Assembly: GCA_025786725.1 (NCBI GenBank)
Contig: JAHLTZ010000023.1
Coordinates: 310,001-374,000 of the forward strand
DNA length: 64,000 nucleotides
Direction: 5' to 3'
Origin: Syncephalis fuscata S228
Lineage: Eukaryota; Fungi; Zoopagomycota
Part shown: piece after piece, positions 12,604 through 25,066 of the stretch
Position numbering within the stretch: position 1 is the first letter of the stretch
Layout of the letters: every line of letters begins with the position of its first letter
Translations under genes and position numbers: made by a program
Notes under the pieces: model-generated
What the model was told of the DNA's origin: nothing
Seen by the model: only the letters and a program-made list of their open reading frames with translations
Databases searched by the model: none

Positions 12604-14949
12604 ATGCATTTGCCAAATAGCCTTGCTATAGCGGCCAAGTACTGCTTTTAATTAGTGCTGCTGTTGCATTACCCAATGGTGCCCCTGCGTGTGTGATTCG
12701 TCCGCAAAACATTGCAAAGATGGGCGGTCAAAGTCAGGATTTAGGTTATAGGTAAGTAATTGTGTAATATGTGTGCAACAAGTAATATTACTAACACTTA
12801 TGTAACAATAGACTTGTTCCAGAATCAATGACTTTTCAAGTTGGCCAACCATTGAAAATTCAAATAAAAAACCCGGCCTCCTACCGAGGTCTTTTGATGT
12901 ACGTACAAGGCGCCAATGATGAAAAAATCCGCAATGGCAACTTTGAAATCCCAGCTGGATTTAAATCTAACCGTCCAAACTGCGATGCCGATTTAACTGT
13001 TGGACCCAATGGTGTTATTACGCACTCATCAGCCGATCCTAAGCCAGGTGATGCAATCTTTACTTGGACTCCTGATCGTTGTGAAGATTCAGTGGTTCGT
13101 GCCGTAGTTGTGGGTGGTGCCAAGGATTTCTGGCAGGTTTTACCAGATGTTAAAATTACCTGTGCAAGTACCAGTTCCCCGGCAACTGATGTATATGAAA
13201 CAAATACCTATGGCGGTGCTGATGCTGAAAGTCAAACTCCATGCAATTGCACTACATCATCTGGCACTGATACTTACAGTAATACTGATTATGCTACTCC
13301 TGTTCCGGCTCCAGCTCCAACTGTTGCCGATACTACATACAATGATTCTGTACCATCAGGTGCCGAAACTTATGATGCCACTGCTTCAGTACCTGCTCCA
13401 GGGGTTATCCCTGCTCCAGCCCCAGTTGCAACTCAAACTCCATGCAATGACACTGTACCAGCAGGTGCCGAAACTTATGATGCTACTGCTCCAACCCCTG
13501 CTCCAGTCCCAGCTGCAACTCAAACTCCATGTAATGATACTGTACCATCAGGTGCCGAAACCTACAGTACCACCACTATGTTGCTCCAGTCCCAGCTCCA
13601 GTCCCAGCTGCGACTGAGACTCCATGTAATGATACTGTACCATCAGGTGCCGAAACCTACAGTACCACCGACTATGTTGCTCCAGTCCCAGCTCCAGTAA
13701 CTACTGAAGCACCATGCACTAGTTGCTATCAAGATACTATACCATCAGGTGCCGAAACCTACGATGCTACCAACTATGTTGCTCCAGTCCCAGCTGCGAC
13801 TGAGACTCCATGTAATGATACTGTACCATCAGGTGCCGAAACCTACAGTACCACCAACTATGTTGCTCCAGTCCCAGCTCCAGTCCCAGCTGCGACTGAA
13901 ACTCCATGTAATGATACTGTACCATCAGGTGCCAAACCTACAGTACCACCAACTATGTTGCTCCAGTCCCAGCTCCAGTCCCAGCTGCGACTGAAACTCC
14001 ATGTAATGATACTGTACCATCAGGTGCCGAAACCTACAGTACCACCAACTATGTTGCTCCAGTTCCAGCACCAGTAACTACTGAACACCTGCACAGTTGC
14101 TATCAAGATACTATACCATCAGGTGCCGAAACCTACGATGCTACCAACTATGTTGCTCCAGTCCCAGCACCAGTAACTACTGAAGCACCATGCACTAGTT
14201 GCTATCAAGATACTGTACCATCAGGTGCCGAAACCTACGATGCTACCAACTATGCTGCTCCAGCCCCTTACGTTCCGGCCCCAGTAACTCCATGTAATGA
14301 TACTGCGTCATCAGGTGCCGATACTTATGATGATACTGTTTCACTTCCAACTCCAGTTCCTGCTGATGCTGAAAGTGTTAGTGATACTAAGGAACCATGT
14401 GATTGCGAACAGTCAGCTCCTGTTACTAAAACAGCTATTATTGTGGTCCAATATACTGTGCCAGGCACTGGTGGCGAGCCATGTAACGACACTGCATCTT
14501 CGGACTCATCAGACATTGACACCTATGGTGATGACACTCCTTCCTTGCCCATGGTGCCAATAATCCCATCTGGACCATCGCATGGTGTTGATGTTTATGG
14601 CGATGAAGGCGAATCACCATGTGAGGACACCGATGTTAACTCACCGCAGCCCGTATCCGTTGAGTACGCTACACCGTATACACCTGGCATTGAAAGCGAC
14701 AGCTACGGCTCAGATGAATCCAACTATCCAAATCCTACTGTACTACCAGCCAATGATGCATATTCCTCTAACGAATATGCCTACGCGCCGGTTGGACAGC
14801 AAGGATCAACTAACATTTATCAAACCGTGCCAGCATCGCCGGCTGCAGTAGCTGCTGCGACAACGGCATCAGCACCAGTAGCTTCAACTGATTCATACCC
14901 TGCCTCGACTAATCCAAGTGCTGACTACAGCGTTAATGCAGGCTATTAA
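12604..14949 (+). CDS. Secreted Reeler-domain protein with long Pro/Thr/Ala/Cys tandem-repeat stalk
   Basis: Signal peptide MHLPNSLAIAA/VLLLISAAVA-LPNGAPAC (frame break at about 12637), intron 12752-12811, Reeler-like YRGLLMYVQ...GVITHSSADPK...FTWTP...VVRAVVV...FWQ, then repeats TPCNDTVPSGAETY. Confidence 0.75.
13340..14335 (+). repeat. Coding imperfect tandem repeats (core ccatgtaatgatactgtaccatcaggtgccgaaacctac, about 12 copies)
   Basis: Repeated core visible at 13527, 13622, 13808, 13904, 13999 etc., with a variant TTEAPCTSCYQDTIPSGAETY. Confidence 0.92.
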
Positions 14950-16272
14950 GCGCTGCTGTTCAGTATGTTTTTCGTTGTAGACGTATGCTTCCATTACTTT
15001 AACCAACTATACGCATATGCCTTTTATCTAATGCGCGACGCGATACATATGAATATTAAAACTTTTCCTTTCTCATTTATATACTATAGTCTGTGCGCAA
15101 CTATAAATATTTTTATTAACATGTAAATTATCCTCTCATTTTCTATAATGCGATGAAATTGGCATGTGCTATGATAATGAGTGTTTTTTGGGTGTAAATA
15201 ACTTTTTATTATATTTTAATACACTCGCTATTATACTGAATATATGTTCTATGATAATGAGTAGTTTTGGTGGTAAAATGACTTTTATTCTCAATGCATT
15301 TATTCATTTACTATCAATCTGTTCTATAATGCACCGACATGTTGGGTAGATTGACTTTTATTATTTACACTCCGCTTGTTAATCAATTAAACTTTTTTGT
15401 TTATAAATATTGACTGACAGGCTCACATCTCACAATCTACGTCATCACATTTTCTTTCTCTTTCTTTACACTTGATAGCATATATTCACTACATATACTT
15501 GTGCACTTCATATATACCATCTAAATAGTGTCAGTAGTTATTTGACTACTAGTTAGATACAAACACTATTTACACTATGGACTTGCATTGCTCTTTTGTA
15601 ATCTGACCTTCATTATTCCGATCATTGGTATTGGCAGTTTTATTGACATAATGAGTGCATTACTGGCTTGTTTATGTTAGGTTGAGCATATGCTGTGAAA
15701 TCTGTCTGTATGCTTTGTTTTTGCTATAGATTCCTGTTGCAAAGCTATTGTCAGCACGATCTGTAATGGCAATCTATAGTAAAGCAAACGCGCAAAATAA
15801 ATTTAGCTATATTCACCGCTACCTTTCTACCGAGTGCCATTTTTTGGTCTTTTCTACCAATTGGACAATCTTACTCAATAGTACTACTTTTTAATTATCA
15901 GTATTTTTACAACTTTATTAACATTTTCATTCTTGCACCTTTCTTGATCCGGTGCTATAGCTGGCACCAATGTCTATGATGCATTATTGCAAAATGTTCT
16001 TTTTGCTATATACTCTATTCATTTATACGTGGGACGCGCCATTTTGAGTTTTCAAATAAATATAGCAATATTTTATTTAATAAACTATGTTTTATGAATC
16101 ACTAATGACTAGTGTTATTAATGCACTAAACAGCATTAAATAATTTATTATTGCCAATAAGTCAATTATTAATTTAATTGTATGCATTATTCTCGAGTAT
16201 TGGCCGTGCATATGGGTCGGTGTTGGATGATATGAGTGCGCCAGTATAAGTTGTATATTCATTATATGTGCA

Positions 16273-17697
16273 TTATACCAAGGTTGTGGCAATATTTTGG
16301 TCATACACTCCAGTTATCGCTCCATCTTCGCACCGACTATCAGATTTTTCACGTAAAACAATAACGAAAAGAAGTGCAATAATGCGCACAACATATGATA
16401 ATTTAACAAGAATTACACGAGCAACCTCTGCCTTAACCTCGTAAATCGAATCTTCTACAACTTCCACTATATTTGAAGTAAATATCAGCAGAAACCCAAT
16501 GAGAATATTGCACACAATTTTGTTACCTAGTATGCTGGTGGTAAATATCACTGCTCTTTTCTATTTTGCTTACTGGTGTAGTTTTTATACTTACTAATAC
16601 CAATGCATCTTTTGCAGCGCTATTCACCAATAAATTGTCTTGTTTTAACCAGAATATTATGCCTAGACACAGGCAGTTTAGTACTATAGTATTTAAAACC
16701 GAATCCATAGTATTACCGTAATAAATAAATACACTTATAATAATGCCTTGGGTCGGTGATGCAAAATAACTAATAATCATTGTTGATGCGTATCGTATCC
16801 CAGGTGCCGAAATGAACTCGGAAATAAGATAAAATACTTGCGTAATAATTGTCATTACAAATGCGATAATAATACCATAGCGAAGTAGCAGTAATTGTCG
16901 TCCATTTTGGACAACGACTGCAATTGAATACCTATTAATTGCTATTATTAGCAGCGGTTTTTATATAATCTGTGATATTTTTGTTATATTAGGTAGCATA
17001 CCATAGTAGTAACAATGTATAAAATCCAACGTATATAAATACTCCTTGAAAAGTGTCAATATACTTATAAGCTAGGCTGTTTAGCTTAAGTGCAAATCCT
17101 GACACACATACTACCATATATAATCAACTGGTTAGCATTCTATTAATGTTAGCAATAGTGCTTTATCTTACATATTGCAGCGCACAACGCAGAAACATAT
17201 ATTATAATTTGTTGCCTGGTGATGGTTTTTTTTGTTTTGAGTAAGCGATGCAAAATTACAAAACTATACATTATAGCAATTATAAATACAAACAGTGTGC
17301 CATATATAAACGCTCGATAGGCAGTTGATAAAAAAATATCATTCCAAGGTCCTGATTCTATATGAACATCAACTTATATATTAGCTAGCGCGCAAAATAT
17401 AATAGCCAATATAAAAGTAAACCAATTACCTTCTTCAACTGTTACAATGACCGATGTACCCGATTTAGCGCTTGCGTTTGAAATAGTCTGATAATTATCT
17501 CGCGGTAGCAATGCAATGTTAACTGGTGAAGCGCCTTCGTAAAAACTGAATCCAAATGTTGTATAAGGCAAAGTGTGATATGCACCAAATCCAGTGCTTG
17601 AGTTTGTATATGGTATGTAAAGTGCCGCACCAATCGAAATGCCGCTTATAGCCTTTAAATCCTGGCTAAACTTAGAGACTGCAAATCCCGCCTAGCC

Positions 17698-17729
<32 letters not shown>

Positions 17730-18088
17730 TAGAACATACTATCACAATACTGGTACTGATGACTTACATGAGCAATTGTTGTACAGCCGTTTATTTTTGC
17801 CCATATTTCATCAATAGCAATAATTGCATTTTGGATGCTATTGATGTTTATGCTGCTCAGTGTAGATAGAGCTGCTAAAAAAGAAAATGACGATATCTCG
17901 CATGTTTTATTCGCAATAAACATAGCATCTATTAAAACACCACGGGCTGTATACGGCGCAACCTCGGCCTCAAACAAATTTTGTGTGTGGTATTGAAATA
18001 TTCGGTTGTTCACACGAAATGTGGCCATGCCAAATACGGACGCGACAAAGCATAGTAATATTATAAGCGTTCCTATACTATTCAGCAT
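16273..18088 (-). CDS. Hypothetical multi-pass membrane protein: signal peptide, about 200-aa ectodomain, about 7 hydrophobic segments
   Basis: MLNSIGTLIILLCFVASVFG signal. Spliced ORF fragments 17729-18088, 17374-17571, 16523-16855 and 16273-16551 carry successive TM-like stretches. Frame break at about 16555. Confidence 0.65.
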
Positions 18089-19512
18089 TATATAAAATTA
18101 TGCGGCACAAAGCGAATTAGACAAAAATATTAGAATAAATGAGCAGAGACTATGAAAGCTATATACAAGTCTGGCCGTTGCCATGCTAAAATTAATGTAA
18201 GTGTGCCTTGTTCCTTGTAAATGTAAAAAACTTGTTTTGTCACCCATATATAATGCACATGATAAGGGTAATGGTAGTACGAATGAAAACGAAATATTGA
18301 ATGTAGCAATGTAACATGTGGTGGTAGTCAATTGTGTTGTATGGTGCTTATTTTGTAGAATAATGATAAATTTATTAAATAACAATAATCAACTCTAATA
18401 CAAACCGGAAAAGCATTATTTTACACGAAAAGCAATGTCTGTATTGACGTAAATTTAAAACGATTGTTGAAATAACATTTTCATTTTTATTTCCTGCAAT
18501 TGTGTTCATTATTAGGATTTGAGCTCTAATAGCTTATACTTTATTGATACCTACCTTATTATTATCCGTAATAAGCAGATGATCAATAGTTTTATAAATA
18601 CATTATTTTTTTATGTACCGGTCATTTCTATGTTTTTGATGTTAGGATGTAAAATTTGTTACATGAATCTAACCAAAATAATTTCGGTCATGAAATGAAG
18701 TCGGTATACAAAATTGCATTGTTTGCGAATATATCGGTCAATGTAAATGGTGGATGTGCTACAATTTTATATGCATTTTGACACGGCTGTTTTCGCTATT
18801 CATGTAGCATGTTTGGTATTCAACCCATACTATCGGTCTTAGCATCTTTGTCTTGTAATGTCGGTGCAGTAGAAAACAAAGAAATAGCTAATCTATTGTA
18901 CTTGGCCGTGTATGACTTTCTTTTTTTTTACCAATTGTAATTATAAAATAATGTAAACGACTCAATTGAGCTGTGTTTAATGCTGAATATTAAAGTATAA
19001 TATATTTGATGTTGCATATCGAGTATCTACATACAATTTATCATTATCGCCATCGCTAAATACAAGCGTATTTTTATTTCTTTGTTGTTCTCTATTAATT
19101 CGTTTAGGCGAGCTAGATGGCGTTAAACAACGACATTAGATTATCATTCTATCCATTCATGGCTGTTTTATATGTATAGCTTTATTTCCAATTTGCTTCT
19201 AATAATAGCAGTTTGATTTTATATAATGCGTAGTTTTGTAAACAATTACTAGAATTAAAGCAAGAAAAAGGCACATGTTCATTCAAGTACTGGATGATGA
19301 ATGGTCCAAGATGTAGAAAGTAGTAGGTAAATCATCATTTGTCTCAGTTTTGGATCTATTATCAAATGATTCATTCATTTCTGGTCCGAGCCTGACTTTA
19401 GATTATTTATTTGTTCCAGTTCCTGTTTTCACTTTAATCGATGACAACAATAATAAACAACCAAATGTAGTATTACAAATAGTATATTGTTCAATTTACG
19501 TTTTGTTCTTAT

Positions 19513-19958
19513 TTAGTGCTGTTTCTTCACTAAATAAACATGTTGTGCGTCCAAAGTCGTTTGCAATTCAGTATCTCCCAAGTTAACTAAATAAATCATT
19601 TGTTAATATCACAAGCTGTCTAGCAACAGACTAACTTACTTGTCAGCCGATTGAGCGTCTTATCTATTCCATTACTTTTGGCCAATAGACCATTAACATC
19701 GCGTAGCAGTTCCAATAACAAGCGTGTGCTCTCCTTGCCATCCAGTCTCCAGTGCTCTTAAATAGTCAGCACCGTTAGTTACATTCTACTGCTAAATGTT
19801 ACGCTTATTACCGAGATGATGTTACCTTCACGCGTAGTTACCAATGTGCCAACCACATTGGGCAATTCCGCTAAACTAGCCGATATGTTGTTTGATGTCT
19901 TCCGGCAGTTTTATTATTAATCTAAGCTCCATCGTGCTATCGTCCAAACACCTACCAT
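19513..19958 (-). CDS. LAMTOR4: LAMTOR4-like (Ragulator roadblock subunit), 4 exons, not in ORF track
   Basis: Spliced: M|TSNNISASLAELPNVVGTLVTTREGNIIS|STGD(L)DGKESTRLLLELLRDVNGLLAKSNGIDKTLNRLT|INLGDTELQTTLDAQHVYLVKKQH*. Matches the LAMTOR4 pattern (L..IP...G.LV...G.V.ASSGDL...RLSV..G.......VFVVKRQ). One missing base near 19746. Confidence 0.8.
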
Positions 19959-20319
19959 AGTTGCTTGAATGTAACAATAGTTGAAAAAGATGTGTATCCA
20001 AACAGATCCGCCTAGACTGATCCTAGTTAAAAACTGTACAGTTTCCCAATGAAATCTTTAATATGCGATGAGTATATTTTCTAAAATAATTTTAACGAAT
20101 AATTATGACAATAGCAACAATAACAACGGCTATTACACCACCACCACACAGTTACTACTGTTACTACTACTACTACTAATCCAGTAGAGGTAACTATTAC
20201 AGTCTTCACCTGTTGCTGATCACTTTTGCTCTTCCGCTTCCATCTTCTGTGCACTGGTTCTCTTGCCTTTCTGCGGTGATCCTCGATACGTCGTTTATAC
20301 AGCTGACACATAATACAAG

Positions 20320-22235
20320 ATGACTGACGCTGCCATCGCGATTGATCCATCCACGTTAAATCCATTGTCGCCAGAGGTTATCTGTCGCCAGGCCACTATC
20401 AATATTGGTAAGCAGCAGCAGCAGTAGCGATGCAGCCATCAATGATCCACGCGGCAGCCACTGACCACTGCGTGTTTTGTCGCGAATAGGTACAATTGGA
20501 CACGTAGCCCATGGTAAATCTACGGTTGTAAAAGCCATTTCTGGCGTACAGGTAAATAAGCAACAAAGGCTTGCTTAAAGTCAATCGTATACTGATATTT
20601 ATGTGGAAATACTATTGCTTTATTAGACGGTTCGTTTTAAGAACGAGTTAGAGCGTAATATTACTATCAAGCTGGGTTATGCCAATGCTAAGGTAGATTT
20701 ATTTATTAGTTAATTAAGTTATAATTTAGTAATTATTATATAATATAGATCTACAAATGTGATAGCGATGACTGCCCTCGCCCAGGCTGCTACAAATCCT
20801 ATCGTAGTGACAAAGAAGACAACCCACCCTGTGAACGTCCTGGCTGTACTGGCACTATGAGATTGCTTCGGTGAGTGTAAATTATCTAATGTATTTAATT
20901 ACATATTATTAACACATGCTTCTTCAAGTCATGTATCTTTTGTTGATTGTCCGGGTCACGATATTCTTATGGCTACGATGTTGAACGGTGCAGCTGTGAT
21001 GGATGCTGCTCTACTCTTGATTGCCGGTAACGAACCTTGTCCTCAACCACAAACCAGTGAACATTTGGCAGCTATTGAGATTATGAAGCTGCGTCACATT
21101 ATCATTTTGCAAAACAAAGTTGATTTGATGAAGCAACAAGCTGCTGAAGAACAGTATAAAACCATTTTGGAATTTATTAAGGGAACAGTTGCTGATGGCG
21201 CACCTATTGTACCAATCTCTGCTCAGCTTAAATACAACATTGATGCAGTCAACGAGTATATTGTCAAGCGCATTCCTATTCCTGTACGCGATTTCACCTC
21301 CTCGCCTCGTCTTATTGTTATTCGTAGTTTTGATGTTAACAAGCCAGGTGCAGAGGTCGATGATCTCAAGGGTGGTGTAGCTGGTGGCAGTATTCTTACC
21401 GGTGTGCTTAAGGTAAGTGTATAGCAGTAAAGCTGACGGTCAATATAGACTTACACTCATTTGGCGATGTTACCAGTTGGGTGACGAGATTGAAGTACGT
21501 CCAGGTATCGTCAGTAAAGATGCTGAGGGCCATATCCGATGCCGTCCTATCTTCTCGCGTATTATTTCACTCTTGGCCGAAAACAACCAATTGCAATTTG
21601 CCGTACCCGGTGGTCTTATTGGTAAGTTATAGCAACGATACAATATAATACACTATAATATATATATACTAAATGAAATGATAATTAGGTGTCGGTACCA
21701 TGATTGATCCAACACTATGCCGTGCTGATCGATTGGTCGGTCAAGTATTGGGCGCTGTAGGCAAGCTACCTGATATCTACACGGATCTCGAAGTGAACTT
21801 TTTCTTGCTTCGTCGTCTATTGGGTGTCAAAACAGAGGATAAGAAACAGGCCAAGGTAACCGTTGGACTATTATATCTATTATAATAGCAATAACCGCCT
21901 ATTAACCAATAACTGACTATTTATTATATATGGTATATTAGGTGCAAAAATTGGCCAAGAATGAAGTGCTTATGGTTAACATTGGCAGTACCTCCACCGG
22001 TGGTCGTGTCATGAGCGTTAAAGGTGATATGGCCAAGATTCAATTGACAGCACCTGCCTGTACGGAAATCGGTGAAAAGATTGCGCTTAGTCGTCGTATC
22101 GATAAGCACTGGCGGTAAGCTATTAATAATGATATGCATTGAATAGATAGACTAACAAATGCATATAAATATAAATATAGATTGATCGGATGGGGTCAAA
22201 TTACGCGCGGTGTGTCTATTGGTGTTGATGCTTAA
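20320..22235 (+). CDS. GCD11: Translation initiation factor eIF2 gamma subunit
   Basis: [94 protein letters not shown]. Confidence 0.98.
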
Positions 22236-22378
22236 TTCGTAATGGTCACTTTTGATTTAAAAGCCTTCTTGAGTAAGAAAGAAGAACTTCTACTTGAAAT
22301 AAAGTTGTTTTCTCAAAACTATAGATTTATTATTATAATAATTATATGGCTATTGTTGTTGACAACATTGGATGTGAA

Positions 22379-23063
22379 TTAGACTGGTCGATGTTGTAAT
22401 CCAGATAACTGATTTAATGGTTCGAGGTTCAGTTTATTTAACGGCACCGTATTATTCACCTTTGATTCAATAAGATCTCCCATACTAATTATTAATATTA
22501 ATTAAGCGGTATTGTTAGTCTATCGATTTACTTACACTGTAATATCTTGTAAATAATCTCTACATTGCATTTCCAATTGCTCTTGCAATTCTACTATCTC
22601 TTGTTTAGCTTCATTTAGCGTTTGTATTGCTTCAGCCCGTGTCTGGCGTTTCATTCCCTAATCATTTATAGGATAATAGTATAGTTAGTATCTATATTTA
22701 ACAACGTAATTTATTGTTAAATATACTAATAAACGCCTACTTACTTTAATATAACCCATAGATAATGGATGTATTACAGCTGCATTCTCCAAACCATTTC
22801 TATTACACTCGCCAGCTATATTACTCTTTATTGCTGCTATCATGTCTTGCCGCCATTGAAGATACTGTCGATAAAGTGTATCCACTTGTGAATACCGTCT
22901 AGATAACAAACAGTATATAGTTGGTTGTTTGTCATTGCTATTTAACCACTAGTCCCTACCGGTGATTAGAAGGAAAGTATTCAGTAAATTGTTTAAGGGT
23001 TAATTTCCCTTGCAATTCCAATTCCTCAAAATACTCGTCAAGTAACTTTTGTTCTGTCGACAT
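22379..23063 (-). CDS. Cnl2/Nkp2-family inner kinetochore protein, 4 exons
   Basis: Spliced MSTEQKLLDEYFEELELQGKLTLKQFTEYFPSNHR|RYSQVDTLYRQYLQWRQDMIAAIKSNI..., resembling the Cnl2/NKP2 pattern I(S/T)LxQFxxxFP...xxLYxxLQxxRxxxxxxVxxNI, followed by a coiled coil. Confidence 0.65.
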
Positions 23064-23207
23064 AATAACAACAGTAGCAGTAGTAGCAGTAGCAGTAGTA
23101 GTTAAAGAAGAGATAAATAAAAAAAGTAATAATACACATCATAGAGTTAAACGTGTTTTAATTTCCATTAGACACTAAATAGTTATTAATTTGAACAAAT
23201 AGTCAAT

Positions 23208-25066
23208 TTATGATATTAAACTGGGTGAAATAAGTCCTTCATCCAACGCTAGTGTGGTAAGTGAAAGTAGTTGTTCTCGAATGGCGGCCACTTCATCTTT
23301 TAGTGTATTGGACATTGTGATGGGTGGTGTTTTACTACAACAATTGTCAGGTGTATTAACGCCACAGCCATTAGCCAAGGTGCATAATTTAACCTGTGAA
23401 CTGGCAGATAGTAAACCGGATAAACCTTGGACCATGGCTAGAGGTATTAGCGTGGTCAATATGGCTTGTTCCTCATCTTCACTACTTGTATCGACCAGTT
23501 GTGCAGAAGAAGTAGAACTTGGCAAAGCAGTATGCTGTTGTGCATATATATTTTTAACGGCTTCATATATAGCCGTTTGTTGTTGAATATCTATTAATAG
23601 TTGACGATAGCCTGCCTCGTCACTGTCATGGCTATTATTAATATTGTTGTTGTTGTTACTGGCACTATTTCGGTTATCGTCATCGTTAGAGGGCATCGTG
23701 CTTATCTCAATGAGTGAGCCATTTGGTGTAGCAGTTGATGCATCACTACTAGTATCGATTAGTACTGGTTCTGCTGGATCAAGTTGCAGTGGTAGTGTAC
23801 GACGATGTACAACATGTTTTGGAAATGCATTAATGAGCGCTTTTAATACAGTATGCAATGATGGTGCTGTATCACTACTGCTTGTATTTTCTGTCGAGTC
23901 ATCTCGTAGTGTTAACAAGGCTTTAGACCATGTGTATTTATTGAGTCCAACTTGTACCCAATACGGATCAGTGCGACTTGATAATCGACGGCTTAGAATT
24001 GAATAGCCTCGAGAGCGACCGGTATCTGGATCAATTGGCTTTAATGAAGCCCACAGTAACTCTATTGGAACCCAATAAGCTGGATACTAATATTTAAACA
24101 ATTTTAGATTAAGTATATGAGGCTATTATTACAATGGTCCAATTACTTACTTTAAAACGAGCCACATCTAATACAAGTGCCATACGTTGAGTAGCACAAT
24201 AAGCGCCCACAGGTGAGAAATGACCACTTCCTGTTTGTTCTAAAACAGCTCGTGAATATGAAATGGCCAATACTTGGTGTTTATCGGCACAAACTCTATT
24301 ATTAAACATATTAGTATTACTGATCAATATTAAATAGTTTAATTTGAATTATTTACCGTTGAAGATCAGCTTCAAATTGTTCTAAAGTACTATATATGAT
24401 ATGATACGATATAAATACATAAATACATAAATAAAATAGTATCTATTACTTACGCATGCTCATCGGCAAATATCGTCTTTTCTTCAAGTCCATTACATCT
24501 AGCAATACATGCAAACTCGCTTAGTGTAATGCCTTTTTGACGTACATCTTCCAAGCTAGTTTGGATTAATAAGATGTTATTATTGATTATTAATATCTAA
24601 CTACCTTCTACAGCAATCCAACATATCATCAGAGAACCTAATATTAATAACAGCCAAACAATTGGTATATTATAGGATGTAATACGTCATAGCACTTACC
24701 ATCGCCATGCACCTTTCCATACACGCAACGGATCGACTTCAAGAGCGTTTAAAGCAATCGATAACGTGGATAGTCCACAAACTACATGTAATAGCGATAA
24801 TAACCATTTGTTACTTAAATATAATCAATCTATAGATCGCTACAAACATGCTGGATCATCCTGTGTGGCAAAACAGCCGGCAAGTGTAAAATAGGCTTCG
24901 GCATTGCCTTCTTCAAGTGCTTCGCGGAATAGTTGACGTCCTTTGTCCGAAGTAAATGACGCCAAACACACAGGCAATTGCCTCTATATACCCATTACTG
25001 CATATTCTACCACACTTATTGGCGACTTACTTTGAAGAATGACCGCTTTGGCGTGGCAGGTGGCAT
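23208..25066 (-). CDS. PCS1: Phytochelatin synthase (glutathione gamma-glutamylcysteinyltransferase), multi-exon
   Basis: Spliced [79 protein letters not shown]. Catalytic Cys, His and Asp are present. Confidence 0.95.

Noticed and set aside
19280-19430. Possible C/D snoRNA (atgatga...ctga) or hAT transposase scrap (VLDDEWSKM*KVV)
   Set aside because: No terminal stem or recognisable rRNA guide; peptide similarity too weak to support either.
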